A stretch of DNA of 64,000 nucleotides from the NCBI GenBank assembly GCA_965205505.1, contig CBDBHB010000009.1, positions 992,001-1,056,000 of the forward strand, written 5' to 3'. Below are positions 18,610 through 29,015 of this stretch, piece by piece. Source of the DNA: Acidobacteriota bacterium. Lineage in GTDB: Bacteria > Acidobacteriota > UBA890 > WLXD01. The position numbers and the translations under genes are program-made. How positions within the stretch are numbered: the first letter of the stretch is position 1; each line of letters begins with the position of its first letter. A model generated the notes under the pieces. It did not search any database. It saw nothing but the letters and a program-made list of their open reading frames with translations, and was not told the origin of the DNA.

Positions 18610-20816
18610 CAGAACTCGTAGCCGAGGCGCAAGGTGGCGGCCACCGGGCTCGCCGGGGTGATCGATTGTGACCCGAATCCGCGGACGAAGTATGCCGAGT
18701 CGGTCAGGTTCTGCACGTTGACGCTGACTCGGTAGCGCGACCAGTCGTAGGCCAGGGTGCCCGAGATGGTGAATGCGTGGTCAATGTTGAAGACGTTGTC
18801 CTCGGCGATGAACTGATTGCCGATGTAGCGGCCGCCGAGACTAATGCCCAGCCCATGGCTGAACGTCTTGCTGGCCCATACGTTGATGAGATGCTCCGGC
18901 GCGAACGCCGGGCGGTTGCCGGCATGGTCCACGGTTTGCGCAAACGGCACACCAAGTGGGGTGAAGCCGGTAACGCGCTCGGTGAACTCCGTCAGCTCGG
19001 CGTCGTTGTAGGCGTATGAAACTACCCCACGGAACCCTTGGCCTGGCTCGGCGGCAAGCTCGAGCTCGAAGCCCGAGGAACGTTGATTGCCGATTTGCTG
19101 CGTGAAGCCGTTGTCGTCCGGGATCGCGATGTTGTCGCGCACCAGGCGGTACACCGCGGCGGTCGCTTGCAGGCGCCCGTCGAGCAATCGCAGTTTGAGG
19201 CCGAGCTCCACCTGCTCGCTCTCCTCGGGCTCGAGGTCCTCGAATGTACGGGGCGACGGTGGCGCGAACGAGCGCGAGTAGTTTCCGTAGATCGACACCT
19301 CGTCGTTCGCGGCCCAGGATGCGCCCAGCATCGGCGACAGCTTGCTGTCGTTGCTCGACCGTCCGGTCAGTTGATCGTCGAAGTCGACGCTGTCGAGGCG
19401 GGCGCCGGCGAGAATATACAGTCGCTCGGCGAAGGTGATCTGGTCGATCGCATAGGGGGCGACGACGATGCTGCGCGCGTCGCCCGCACCGATGCTTCCC
19501 AAGGGAAACGGCGGCAAGCCGGGCTCGACCGGATCGAACAGATCAACCGAACCGAGCAGGAAGGCATCGAGCGTGAACTCGTCGGTATAGCGGGACGTCT
19601 CGATACCGGTCAGCAGGCTGTGGTGCACATTGCCGGTATCGAAATCGAGAATTGCCTCGAACTGGCTGCCCAGTACCCTCTGCTGGTCGTCGAGCTGGAT
19701 CTGCGAACGGGCCACTATTGTTCGGCCGGTAGGTACGAACGCCGGCGTGAACTCGGGAAACGCGCCGATCAGCAGTGTGCCGTCCGACAGCCAGTCGAGG
19801 CCACGGTAGTAGAGCTTGCTGCGGATCCGAACCGTATCGCTGAGCCGGCCCTCGTAGTCGAGTTGGAAGCGGTAGATGTTTTGCTCGGACCGATCGCTGG
19901 CGGCGTTGTAGTTGTTCTCCAGCCGCACGGGCGGTATCTCGTTGAACAGTAACGGGATGCCCGCCTCGGGGCTGAAATCAGACCGCGCATACTCAAAGTT
20001 GACGTTGAGCGAGTGGTGGTCAGCGATCTCCCAGGTCAAAGCGGGGTTGAATGCCGTCGCGTTGCTATCGCGGTCGTCCCGGTATCCGGAAGAATCACGT
20101 ACGAGCGCGTTGACGCGGAACGCGACCCGTCCGTCGGCGGTCCCGTGGTTGGCATCGATCGTACCGTCGAACGTCGAGAAGCTGCCACCCGACGTGTTGA
20201 TGCGAAGCCCGTTGACAGCAAGAGGCTGCTTGCGCACCAGGTTGACGGTACCGGCCAAAGGATTGCTGCCGTATAGAAAGCCGCCCGGCCCCTTGAGAAC
20301 CTCGACCAACTCGATGTTGTAGAGCTGATAGAAGGTCGCCTCGGGCTCCGGGGCTCCGTCGGTGAGTATCAGGCTGCTGCTGATCGAATCGAAGCCGCGC
20401 ACCACGAAGAAGTCGTGCACGCCGCCGAACCCGGGTTGCACGTTGATGTTGCTGACGTTGATCAACGCATCACCGAGCACGTTCGCCTGCTGATCGCCGA
20501 ACAGTGCCGCGGTGACGATGCCGACGTTGTTCGGAGTCACGTGAAGCGGCAGCGAGAGCTTCGAGGCGATCGTGTTGGCGCTCGGTACTAGCGGCAGGCT
20601 GCCCTCCACGAAGATGAATTCGGTTGCCTGGAGTGGGAGCTGCTGCGCTGGATCGTCCTGCGGCGGAGACTGGGCGGCAGCGGTCATGGGAACCGCGATG
20701 CTCAGCACACATAGTGTTGTCTTCAAGATTCGCACGATCGGATTCCAAGGTTGGGGATCAACGTCGCCGGCGATAGTGCCCTGAGGCAGCCGTTCTCCGA
20801 GCGAATTTCGGTTCAA
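18609..20816 (-). CDS. TonB-dependent receptor (siderophore-receptor type)
   Basis: Plug motif VEVLKGPGGFLYG; NVQNLTD; C-terminal LGYEF; start uncertain. Confidence 0.9.
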   Translation of the reverse strand: MNRNSLGERLPQGTIAGDVDPQPWNPIVRILKTTLCVLSIAVPMTAAAQSPPQDDPAQQLPLQATEFIFVEGSLPLVPSANTIASKLSLPLHVTPNNVGIVTAALFGDQQANVLGDALINVSNINVQPGFGGVHDFFVVRGFDSISSSLILTDGAPEPEATFYQLYNIELVEVLKGPGGFLYGSNPLAGTVNLVRKQPLAVNGLRINTSGGSFSTFDGTIDANHGTADGRVAFRVNALVRDSSGYRDDRDSNATAFNPALTWEIADHHSLNVNFEYARSDFSPEAGIPLLFNEIPPVRLENNYNAASDRSEQNIYRFQLDYEGRLSDTVRIRSKLYYRGLDWLSDGTLLIGAFPEFTPAFVPTGRTIVARSQIQLDDQQRVLGSQFEAILDFDTGNVHHSLLTGIETSRYTDEFTLDAFLLGSVDLFDPVEPGLPPFPLGSIGAGDARSIVVAPYAIDQITFAERLYILAGARLDSVDFDDQLTGRSSNDSKLSPMLGASWAANDEVSIYGNYSRSFAPPSPRTFEDLEPEESEQVELGLKLRLLDGRLQATAAVYRLVRDNIAIPDDNGFTQQIGNQRSSGFELELAAEPGQGFRGVVSYAYNDAELTEFTERVTGFTPLGVPFAQTVDHAGNRPAFAPEHLINVWASKTFSHGLGISLGGRYIGNQFIAEDNVFNIDHAFTISGTLAYDWSRYRVSVNVQNLTDSAYFVRGFGSQSITPASPVAATLRLGYEF

Positions 20817-22105
20817 GGAGTCTTCGAATCGGTGATTTCGAGAGCCACGAGCTCCTGTTCGTCACGCAAATAGAGGATTCCATTTGCCAGTGTGGGTGCA
20901 GTCCAGGTCCTGCCTCGGAACACCTGCGCCCGTGATACCTGGAGGTATTCCCCGGGACTGAGCTTGACGAGCGTCAGCGAGCCGCGGTCGCCCAGCACGA
21001 TCAGGTGACCGTCTGCATACAGCAGCGAGCCCTGTCCGTGTCCGCGCGCCCGCCACATTCTCTCACCACGACTCAACTCGATACACTCCAGGATCGAATT
21101 GTCGAAGCCGTAGATGTAGTCGTTGACCAGGACGGAGCTGCTGAATTGGTTCTTCATCTCCCGGGTGCGCCATACAGTTTCCACTCCGAGGCTGTCGCCG
21201 GTGAGGACGCGTAGCAGAGCCGCGCCGACCCCGTAGCCCGAGGAGACGAAGATCTTGTCGGGCGGTACGAAGATCGGCGTTGCCGCGTTGACGCCATATG
21301 TAGTCTCCCATGGCGTGTCCCACAACATTGCGCCGTTATTCGGATCCACGCCCACAATGCGCCGGCCGGTGAAGAATACGGCCTGCTGGCGCCCGCCGAT
21401 CTGCACCACTAGCGGCGTCGAGTAGCCCGGGGGGTCTCCGGCGGCGCGCCAAACTTCCTCGCCGGTGCGCTTGTCGAACGCCAACAGTGCGGCGCCGTGT
21501 CCGCCAGCCTCGACAAGGATGAGATCGCCGAAAACCCGCGGTGAGGTGGAGAACCCCCAATTCGGTCCGGTTGCCCGATACTCCTCACGAAGATCGTGCC
21601 GCCATGCCGTGGCTCCGCTCTCAGCCTCCACAGCGGCCAGCTGCCCTCGTCCGCTGATCACATAGACAAGGCCGCCGTCGACGGTCGGAGTGGAGCGCGG
21701 GCCATCCCCGGAGCTGTTGCGGTACATCTCGTCGATCCGAAGTCGCCAGCGCTCGACGCCAGTAGCCGTATCGAAGGCTCCCAGGTACGTGCCGCCACGC
21801 CCGAACATCGTGAAGGCGTGATCGCCGACGACGGAGACCCCGGAGAAGCCCTTGCCAAGCGGCACTCGCCAGACTTCGCGCGGTCCCGACTCTGGCCAGA
21901 CTTTCAGTAGACCAGTCTGCGGCGAGATGCCATCGGCGTTCGGACCTCGCAGCTGTGGCCAGTCCTGTGTCGCACTCAGCGTCTGTGCGAGAGGCCCGGT
22001 CAAGTGGTTCGCATCGACTCGCCGCAGTGCACCGGTCAATACGATCAGCAGTGCGGCGGCTACGGGCACAATCGCAACCGTGGCGACACCACGAGCCCAG
22101 GCCAC
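20813..22105 (-). CDS. PQQ/BamB-like beta-propeller protein
   Basis: DWPQLRGPNADG, GPRSTP, YSTP, TWTAPTLANG..YLRD. Confidence 0.88.
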   Translation of the reverse strand: MAWARGVATVAIVPVAAALLIVLTGALRRVDANHLTGPLAQTLSATQDWPQLRGPNADGISPQTGLLKVWPESGPREVWRVPLGKGFSGVSVVGDHAFTMFGRGGTYLGAFDTATGVERWRLRIDEMYRNSSGDGPRSTPTVDGGLVYVISGRGQLAAVEAESGATAWRHDLREEYRATGPNWGFSTSPRVFGDLILVEAGGHGAALLAFDKRTGEEVWRAAGDPPGYSTPLVVQIGGRQQAVFFTGRRIVGVDPNNGAMLWDTPWETTYGVNAATPIFVPPDKIFVSSGYGVGAALLRVLTGDSLGVETVWRTREMKNQFSSSVLVNDYIYGFDNSILECIELSRGERMWRARGHGQGSLLYADGHLIVLGDRGSLTLVKLSPGEYLQVSRAQVFRGRTWTAPTLANGILYLRDEQELVALEITDSKTP

Positions 22106-23478
22106 TACGTATACCGAGCGTCGCGATAGCGCTCGGAGTAGAGCTCAGGCAACAGGGCGTCCGCCTGTAGCAATCCCTGGCGAGTCAGCTCGATACCGTC
22201 GTCGGTGATGCGCAGCATCTGGCGCGATTGCAGTCGGCCCCAAGCTGCGGCGAAGTGCTCGACAACGTCGACGTTGAACTTATCCACGAAGTGCTTCCGG
22301 GCGAGGGCTCCGGTCTTGAGCTGTAGGATCGTCTCCCGGATCAGGCGGTCTTCGGGGCTCGTGACAAAGGCGCGCTCGAGCGGGAGCTCGTCGTTGCCTA
22401 CCGCTTCGAGGTACTCGGACCAGCTCGCAGTGTTCTGCACGTGGACTCCGCTCAAATGACCGAACGAGGAAACCCCGGTGCCCAACATGTCTGCGCCGTG
22501 CCACAGCGCGTCGCGGTAGACGAAATCGCAGCGCTTGTCGGCGCGCACCATCGTGTAGGCGCTAGATATCTCGAACCCGGCGGTCTCGAGCTGCTGGATG
22601 GCGTAGTCGTGCCACTCGCGCTTCAGCGCCCAGTCGGCCAGCGGCACTTCGAGCCTGCCCTCCAGGAACTGCTTCGAGAAGCGCGTGTTGTAGGGCAGCT
22701 CCATCTGATACACGGTCACCGAATCCGGGTGTGTATCGATCGCCTGTTGCACGCTGTCGCGCCAGGTTTCCCACGTCTCGCCGACCATGCCGGCGATCAG
22801 GTCGATGTTGAGTTGATCGAACGCCAGATCGCGGATCCACGGCAGCACCCGAAAGATCTCCTTGCTCATGTGGGCGCGTCCGTTCAATTGCAGAATCTCG
22901 TCGTCAAAGTTTTCCACGCCTAGGCTCAGCCGGGTGATCCCGAGCTCGCGCACGGTCTCGAGCTTGGTCTGGGTGAGGGTGCCCGGCTCGCATTCGAAGG
23001 TGACTTCATCGACGTTGTCCCAGGGCAGTGCCGCGCGCAGCCGGGCCACCAGGCCGCGAAGGTGCTTTGCGGCTATGTAGGACGGGGTGCCGCCGCCGAA
23101 ATACACGAACCGCAACGGGCGCCCGACGATCGCCGGCGCCCTGGCGTAGCGATCGATCTCACGGGCGAGCGCATCGCAGTAGACCTCGACCTCATCGGCG
23201 TTCTTGTCGGTATAGACGCGGAAGTAGCAGAACTTGCACCGCTTTCGACAGAACGGGATGTGGAGATAGAGCCCCAGCGGGGGGGCGTCACCGGCCGCCG
23301 GAGTATCGAGCACCTGTCGGTACTTCGGCAACTGGTCGGCCGTCCATTGTGAGAACGGCGGATAGTTGGATACGAAGACGCTGCCGACGCCGGTCGTTTC
23401 TCGCTGCGTCCGTGACGTTGCGGGCTCGGGGTGAAACTCGGGAGAAGAGTCGGCTTCTGGCAGCGCGTCCTGGCCCAT
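22105..23478 (-). CDS. HemN-like radical SAM protein
   Basis: LYLHIPFCRKRCKFCYF (CxxxCxxC), YFGGGTPS, RLSLGVE, NIDLIAG; atypical N-terminal FVSNYPP. Confidence 0.9.
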   Translation of the reverse strand: MGQDALPEADSSPEFHPEPATSRTQRETTGVGSVFVSNYPPFSQWTADQLPKYRQVLDTPAAGDAPPLGLYLHIPFCRKRCKFCYFRVYTDKNADEVEVYCDALAREIDRYARAPAIVGRPLRFVYFGGGTPSYIAAKHLRGLVARLRAALPWDNVDEVTFECEPGTLTQTKLETVRELGITRLSLGVENFDDEILQLNGRAHMSKEIFRVLPWIRDLAFDQLNIDLIAGMVGETWETWRDSVQQAIDTHPDSVTVYQMELPYNTRFSKQFLEGRLEVPLADWALKREWHDYAIQQLETAGFEISSAYTMVRADKRCDFVYRDALWHGADMLGTGVSSFGHLSGVHVQNTASWSEYLEAVGNDELPLERAFVTSPEDRLIRETILQLKTGALARKHFVDKFNVDVVEHFAAAWGRLQSRQMLRITDDGIELTRQGLLQADALLPELYSERYRDARYT

Positions 23479-23483
23479 TGATC

Positions 23484-24626
23484 TCAACCGAAGCAGTAGA
23501 GGTCGCCGTCCTCCGTCCCGATTACGAGGCGCCCCGAGGCCAGGCTTGGCGACGCGACGATCGACGACCCAGTTTCAAATTGCCACACAACCGCCCCGGA
23601 CTGTGCGTCGAGCGCCACCAGGTCACCGGAGCTTCCGCCCACGAATACCCGATCACCGACGATGACCGGTGACGAGTCGACGCGTGCACCGCTCGAGTGG
23701 GTCCATAGTGCCGCGCCCGTCGCCGGGTCGATCCCGTGCACCATCTTGTCGCGTCCGCCCACGACCAGTAGCTCATCGGTAACCGCGGCGGAGGAATAGA
23801 ACGGGAACTTGCGCTTAGGGTGCTCATAGGCCCATCGTCGCTCGCCCGCCAGGGTCACCGCGAGCACCTGGTTCTCGTAGGTGCCGAAATAGGCTACGCC
23901 TTCGCGAATGGCTGGGCTCGCCGCGACGTATGCACCGATCTCGATGCTACCGAGCAATACGCCGTCCTTCAGCGCGATGAGTCGCAGCACGCCGTCGCAT
24001 CCGACCGAGATCACCGTGCCGTCGACGATTGCCGGCGTCCCGTTTATGTAGCCGCCGGTCTCGATGCTCCAGACAAGCTTGCCGTCTGCGGCCGCCACGG
24101 CGTAGAGGTGGTTGTCGTAAGACCCGAAGACCAACAGCCCGTCAGCATAATTGGCAGCCGAGACGATGCCACCGCCGGTCTGGTACGACCATTGCTCGCT
24201 GCCGCTCTCGACGTCGAGCGCGTAGAACGTACCCGACTCGTCGCCGAAGTAGACCGTGTTGCCGAAGATCGAGGGCGAAGATCTCACCTCGCTGCCAGTC
24301 TCGAATCGCCACAGCTCGGCGCCGCTGTCGAGATCCAGCGCATAGAGGCGACCATCGAGTGAGCCGACGAAAACTCGACCATCGGCGATTGCGGCGCTCG
24401 ACTCGATGCTGTCCTCTGCTGAAAAGACCCACCGGGGCTCCGGTGCCGCCGGCAACTCGATGTTGGCCGTGCCGGTGAGCGCCGCGTTGCCGCGGAACAC
24501 ACGCCACGCGTTGTCGACCCGGCCGTGCGCGACGCCGGTGGCGACGACGACGGTACAGATCGCGCCTATCCCACCCACCATGCGCCGGTGGCGGGCTCGA
24601 ACCGTGCTCTCAGTACGCCGATTCAT
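23484..24626 (-). CDS. PQQ/BamB-like beta-propeller protein
   Basis: WRVFRGNAALTG; regular SSP...GS.DG.LYALD..SG...W blades. Confidence 0.88.
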   Translation of the reverse strand: MNRRTESTVRARHRRMVGGIGAICTVVVATGVAHGRVDNAWRVFRGNAALTGTANIELPAAPEPRWVFSAEDSIESSAAIADGRVFVGSLDGRLYALDLDSGAELWRFETGSEVRSSPSIFGNTVYFGDESGTFYALDVESGSEQWSYQTGGGIVSAANYADGLLVFGSYDNHLYAVAAADGKLVWSIETGGYINGTPAIVDGTVISVGCDGVLRLIALKDGVLLGSIEIGAYVAASPAIREGVAYFGTYENQVLAVTLAGERRWAYEHPKRKFPFYSSAAVTDELLVVGGRDKMVHGIDPATGAALWTHSSGARVDSSPVIVGDRVFVGGSSGDLVALDAQSGAVVWQFETGSSIVASPSLASGRLVIGTEDGDLYCFG

Positions 24627-25773
24627 AAATGCTCAGCAGCTCGTTGGCGTCCACCGGACGCGGATTGAAGGTGGCGGTCCATTGTTGCGCAGCCTCCGCC
24701 GCAAGCTCGCCGAGGCTCGCTTGCGGTACGGCGTGGGCACGCAGCCGTGGAGCCGCCCCGGCACTTCCCAGCATCGCCGCGAGGCGTCCGGGTAGGTCAC
24801 TGACCTCGAGGACATCGTACTCGGTGGCGGCGTCATCGCACGCCATGTTGTAGCGCACTACGTACGGCAGCATGACGCCGACGGCGATACCGTGGGTGAT
24901 GCCGAACCGGGCAGTCAACGGATTGGCGCAGGCGTGCGCCGCACCCAGCATGGAACGTTCGATCGCCGCCCCCGCCAGGTGCGCGCCGAGCAACATGTGT
25001 CCGCGTGCCTCGAGGTCGTCCGGCGTGGTCACCGCCGCCTCGAAGGCCGCCGATAGCAAGCGCCAAGCCTCACGGCTGTAGAGCCGCGAGATCGGGTTGG
25101 CACGCGAGCTGACCAGGCTCTCGACGGCATGCGAGACGGCGTCGATACCGGTGGCGACCCGTACGTCGCGAGGTACCGTCCCGGTGACTCCAGGATCGAG
25201 AACGGTAGCTCGGAAACGGGCCCCCGGATCGCCACACGCCATCTTCCGATGGTTGTCGAGCCGCGAGATCAGCGCGTACGATTGCGCTTCGCTGCCGGTT
25301 CCCGCGGTGGTCGGCACGCCGATCGACGGCAACATCTCCGTATGCGCCTTTCCGGTTCCCTCGTAGTCCTCCATGCGGCCGCCGTTGGTGTACAGGAAGT
25401 TCACGCCCTTCGCCGTATCCATGGAGCTGCCGCCACCGAAGCCGATGAGCAGGTCGACGTCGTGTCGTCGGGCAGCCTCCACGCCTGCCTCGACGCACGC
25501 CGTACTCGGGTTCTCCTCGACGCCATCGAAAACGGCGCAAGGGCACCCGAGCTGTATCAGCGCGGCGCCGAGCTCGTCGACGATCCCTGTCGCGCGTACG
25601 CCGGGATCGGTAATGATCAGCGGGCGTCGGGCGCCGAGCTCGCTCACGATCGACGGTAGTCGAGCGCGCTCGCCCACACCGAAACAGACATCAACGGCGC
25701 CCACCGTGGCGCGCCAGCGCGCTTCGCCGAGCGCCGGTGTAAGCGCCCAGACTCGAGGTTCAATCACACTCAT
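24610..25773 (-). CDS. Iron-containing alcohol dehydrogenase
   Basis: GGGSSMDTAK, PTTAGTGSE, DAVSHAVE, GAAHACANP, HGIAV; ATG at 25773. Confidence 0.92.
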   Translation of the reverse strand: MSVIEPRVWALTPALGEARWRATVGAVDVCFGVGERARLPSIVSELGARRPLIITDPGVRATGIVDELGAALIQLGCPCAVFDGVEENPSTACVEAGVEAARRHDVDLLIGFGGGSSMDTAKGVNFLYTNGGRMEDYEGTGKAHTEMLPSIGVPTTAGTGSEAQSYALISRLDNHRKMACGDPGARFRATVLDPGVTGTVPRDVRVATGIDAVSHAVESLVSSRANPISRLYSREAWRLLSAAFEAAVTTPDDLEARGHMLLGAHLAGAAIERSMLGAAHACANPLTARFGITHGIAVGVMLPYVVRYNMACDDAATEYDVLEVSDLPGRLAAMLGSAGAAPRLRAHAVPQASLGELAAEAAQQWTATFNPRPVDANELLSIYESAY

Positions 25774-25791
25774 GGTGTCAGTTTGGCGGTT

Positions 25792-25811
25792 TCCACCACG
25801 GCCGTGGTGGA
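25792..25811. repeat. Perfect 20-bp palindrome built from the repeat TIR core
   Basis: tccaccacggccgtggtgga, 18 bp upstream of the first operon gene. Confidence 0.6.
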
Positions 25812-25905
25812 GCGACGGAGATCGGACGGGAGGCGATCGCAACTTCCCACGATAGCACGGTGCCTGGCGGGTCCGTATCGACGCGGCGCCGAGCCGTGGC
25901 GCCGC

Positions 25906-26142
25906 TTACTGGCCGCGCTGGCGCTTGGTCTCCAGCTTGGCGCCACAGGTTGAGAAGGTGGATACGAGATACGGTACCGCCACGGTGAGCCCCATCTTCA
26001 GCAGGCGGTTGCCGTCGACATTCCCCGCCAGGATGGCGTCGCCGTGGTTGATAGCGATGAGCACGGTGCCGACCACCGCGGCGAGCTTCATGCTGCGCAA
26101 AACGGTGCTCCGCTGCAGTGCGATCTCGAGCCAGTCAGGCAT
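25906..26142 (-). CDS. NrtS-family small membrane protein
   Basis: AAVVGTVLIAINHGD...VPYLVST signature. Confidence 0.75.
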   Translation of the reverse strand: MPDWLEIALQRSTVLRSMKLAAVVGTVLIAINHGDAILAGNVDGNRLLKMGLTVAVPYLVSTFSTCGAKLETKRQRGQ

Positions 26143-26316
26143 CTCTTCTCCGCCTCGATTGTCACGGTGAAGCGGTGCTGCCGCAAACTGCGCAACGGAA
26201 CTGCCATACGGAGACCGGCGTTTGCTGGCTTTGTCGTCGTACGGCGGTCAGGCGTGCGCCGCTGGGACGGCGGCGCTATTGTCGTTGCAGTGCTCTCTGT
26301 CGGGGAGGCCCGTCGA

Positions 26317-26766
26317 ATGGACCGCGTGCATATCAGGGTTGCTCAGCGGAGCGACCGGGAAGCCGTAATCGAGCTACTGCGTGCCTGCGAGCTGCCGCTC
26401 GACGGGCTGGATGACTGTTGGGCCAGCACCTTCGTCGCCTGTACCGGGCAGGCGGTGGCCGGCGCCGCGGCGCTGGAGCATCACGGGCCCGACGCCGTAC
26501 TGCGATCGGTAGCGGTCGACGCTTCGCATCGAGGCCGTGGCATCGGCGAGGCCCTGGTGCAATGGGCCCTGGAGGCGGCGAGGTCCGACCACGTACGCAG
26601 TGTTTATCTGCTTACCGAGACGGCCTCGCGCTTCTTTCCGCGATTCGGGTTTCGCGAGACTCCGCGAGAGCAGGCGCCTGCAGCCATCCTGCAGTCGATC
26701 GAGTACAGCTCCCTTTGTCCGACCAGCGCCACATCGATGGTGCGTCGCATCAGCGGCGACGGCTGA
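26317..26766 (+). CDS. GNAT N-acetyltransferase, ArsN2-like
   Basis: LRSVAV...[27 protein letters not shown]; SD GGGGAGG before ATG 26317. Confidence 0.82.
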   Translation: MDRVHIRVAQRSDREAVIELLRACELPLDGLDDCWASTFVACTGQAVAGAAALEHHGPDAVLRSVAVDASHRGRGIGEALVQWALEAARSDHVRSVYLLTETASRFFPRFGFRETPREQAPAAILQSIEYSSLCPTSATSMVRRISGDG

Positions 26767-26769
26767 GCC

Positions 26770-27681
26770 GTGGGCTGCCGCTTCGTTACTCTCGACGTCT
26801 TCACAGACGCCGCCTTCGGGGGCAATCCGCTCGCTGTGATCCCCGATGCCCAAGGCCTCGACGGGCGGGGGATGCAGTTGATCGCCCGCGAGCTCAATCT
26901 CTCGGAAACGGTGTTCGTTTTGCCGCCCGACGATCCCGCCAACACCCGCAAGGTGCGGATCTTCACGCCGGTGACTGAGTTGCCGTTCGCCGGCCATCCG
27001 ACCGTCGGAACGGGCTTCGCGCTGGCGGCGCTGGGCGAGGTCGACACCCATGAGCCGGAAGTCAGGCTGGTGCTCGAGGAGGGCGTCGGTCCGGTGCCTG
27101 TTCGTGTGCGCTGCGCCGATGGTGAGCCGGAGTTCGCGCAGCTCACAGCGGCTCAACGGCCCGACGAGCGACCCGTGTCGACGACGCCCGCCGACGTTGC
27201 GGCCGTGCTGAGTCTCGGCGTCGACGATCTACGCGCGGATGAGCTACGCCTCGGCGCGGTTTCATGCGGGCTGCCGTTTCTCTTCGTGCCTTTGCGCGAC
27301 ATAGACGCTGTACGACGGGCGCGCCTGGATCATCAGGCCTGGCGCGGGTCACTAGAACATACTTGGGCGCCGCAAGTGTTTCTGTTTGCCATGGAAGGCG
27401 AGCGACCAGGAGCCGACCTGCACGCCCGCATGTTCGGGCCTGGCGTAGGGATCGATGAGGATCCAGCCACCGGATCCGCAGCCACGGCGCTGGCGGCGTA
27501 TCTGGCGGTTCGATCGGGTGAGCGCGACGCCGAGCTCCGGTGGGTGGTGGAGCAGGGATTCGAGATGGGGCGTGCGAGCCGCATGGACATCGAGGCGGTA
27601 GTCGCCGACGGAGAGGTCGTGGCGGCTCGGGTCGGAGGCGCGGCGGTGATGATGAGCGAGGGTACGATCCGTGTCGCCTGA
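26770..27681 (+). CDS. PhzF family isomerase/epimerase
   Basis: DVFT...[31 protein letters not shown]. Confidence 0.92.
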   Translation: MGCRFVTLDVFTDAAFGGNPLAVIPDAQGLDGRGMQLIARELNLSETVFVLPPDDPANTRKVRIFTPVTELPFAGHPTVGTGFALAALGEVDTHEPEVRLVLEEGVGPVPVRVRCADGEPEFAQLTAAQRPDERPVSTTPADVAAVLSLGVDDLRADELRLGAVSCGLPFLFVPLRDIDAVRRARLDHQAWRGSLEHTWAPQVFLFAMEGERPGADLHARMFGPGVGIDEDPATGSAATALAAYLAVRSGERDAELRWVVEQGFEMGRASRMDIEAVVADGEVVAARVGGAAVMMSEGTIRVA

Positions 27682-28582
27682 CAGGCGGCAACTCTCCGTG
27701 CTGCAAGTCGATGCTTTCACAAGCGAGCCGCTGCAGGGCAACCCCTGCGCCGTCGTGCTCGATGCCGACGACCTCGACCCCTCGACCATGCAGGCGATTG
27801 CCCTCGAGATGAACCTGTCCGAGACTGCGTTCGTGATGCGATCCGTGGTCGCGGACTTTCGGGCCCGCTACTTCACGCCGGCCGCCGAGATTCCGTTGGC
27901 GGGCCATCCCACGCTGGCGACCACCCGGGCACTTATCGACACCGGACGCCTGGCCGTCGATGCGGGCGGGACCCAATTCGACTTGGAATTGAGAGACGGC
28001 CCGATCGCAGTCGACGTGCGTGGCAGCGGTGAGCTTGCCGAGATCACCATGACGCAGCGTCAGCCAGTGTTCCTGCGCTCCTACGCCGCCGCCGAGATCC
28101 TGCCGCTATTCGGGCTGGACGAGACGGACGAACTTGCGGCAGCGCCATCGCCACAAACGGTGAGCACAGGAACACCGATGCTCATGGTGCCCCTTCGCGA
28201 TCGTGACGCGTTGGTGCGAGCTCGGCTCGATGTCGCCGCCTTTGCGGCCGCCCTCGAGGGCGGGGATTTCTTCAGTCCGCACCTGTTCTGTCTGGACGGC
28301 TTCACCGACGTCGGCACTACCGCGGCGCGCCACTTCGGTTTGCCGCCAGATACCTACGAAGATCCGTTTACCGGGTCTGCAACCGGGGCGATGGCTGCCT
28401 ACTGCTGGCGCTACGGTCTGATCGGCGAGCCCCGATTCATCGCCCAACAGGGGCATGCGATGGGGCGACCCGGAACGGCCACCGTAGAGGTGATCGGCCC
28501 GGCCGAGAACATCGAGGCGGTGCGCGTCGGGGGGTACGCGGTGACCGTAATGACGGGTGTGTTGGCGCTCCCGGCCGATTGA
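27671..28582 (+). CDS. PhzF family isomerase/epimerase (second paralog)
   Basis: DAFT...GNPCAV, LSETAFV, EIPLAGHPT, EDPFTGSA. Confidence 0.92.
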   Translation: MSPDRRQLSVLQVDAFTSEPLQGNPCAVVLDADDLDPSTMQAIALEMNLSETAFVMRSVVADFRARYFTPAAEIPLAGHPTLATTRALIDTGRLAVDAGGTQFDLELRDGPIAVDVRGSGELAEITMTQRQPVFLRSYAAAEILPLFGLDETDELAAAPSPQTVSTGTPMLMVPLRDRDALVRARLDVAAFAAALEGGDFFSPHLFCLDGFTDVGTTAARHFGLPPDTYEDPFTGSATGAMAAYCWRYGLIGEPRFIAQQGHAMGRPGTATVEVIGPAENIEAVRVGGYAVTVMTGVLALPAD

Positions 28583-29015
28583 TTTTTTCGACGCGAGCAG
28601 CACACCAAAAGCCAGTTTTGATCACTGACAGTCTTCGGGCAGCGGCGGCCAGCAACGTGGGCATCGCGCGGCGGGAGGTGCCGGTGTCAGCCGCGACGCA
28701 CGCAAGTCGTGTCCCCGTCTGTCCCCGCCGCGCGGCTCAGCGGGACGCCACTCCTGACTGCGCCCGTCGGCGGTTGACCTCGACCGCGACGTGTGTGCCC
28801 GGCATTTCCGAGGCTGACCGCGGTTGCGTTGTTCGGCGGCGTGGCGGCCGTTGCGGGACACGGTGTGCTTGGATGCCCAGAGCAGCGCGCGCTGCTCGGC
28901 GGCAGCGGCGGTCAACCGTGGCCCGGTCGATTTTGGTCCGCCGACCCGAACAGCTAGCCTAGTTTCTCAGACGCCACCACGGTGAGCCTGGCACCGTGTC
29001 ACAGGGAGCTAACCC

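Noticed and set aside
22105-23478. Calling the radical SAM gene hemN or hemW
   Set aside because: Atypical N-terminus and non-heme operon context; family-level call only
26770-28582. Phenazine biosynthesis cluster
   Set aside because: No phzA/B, D, E or G; PhzF-like genes are common outside phenazine pathways
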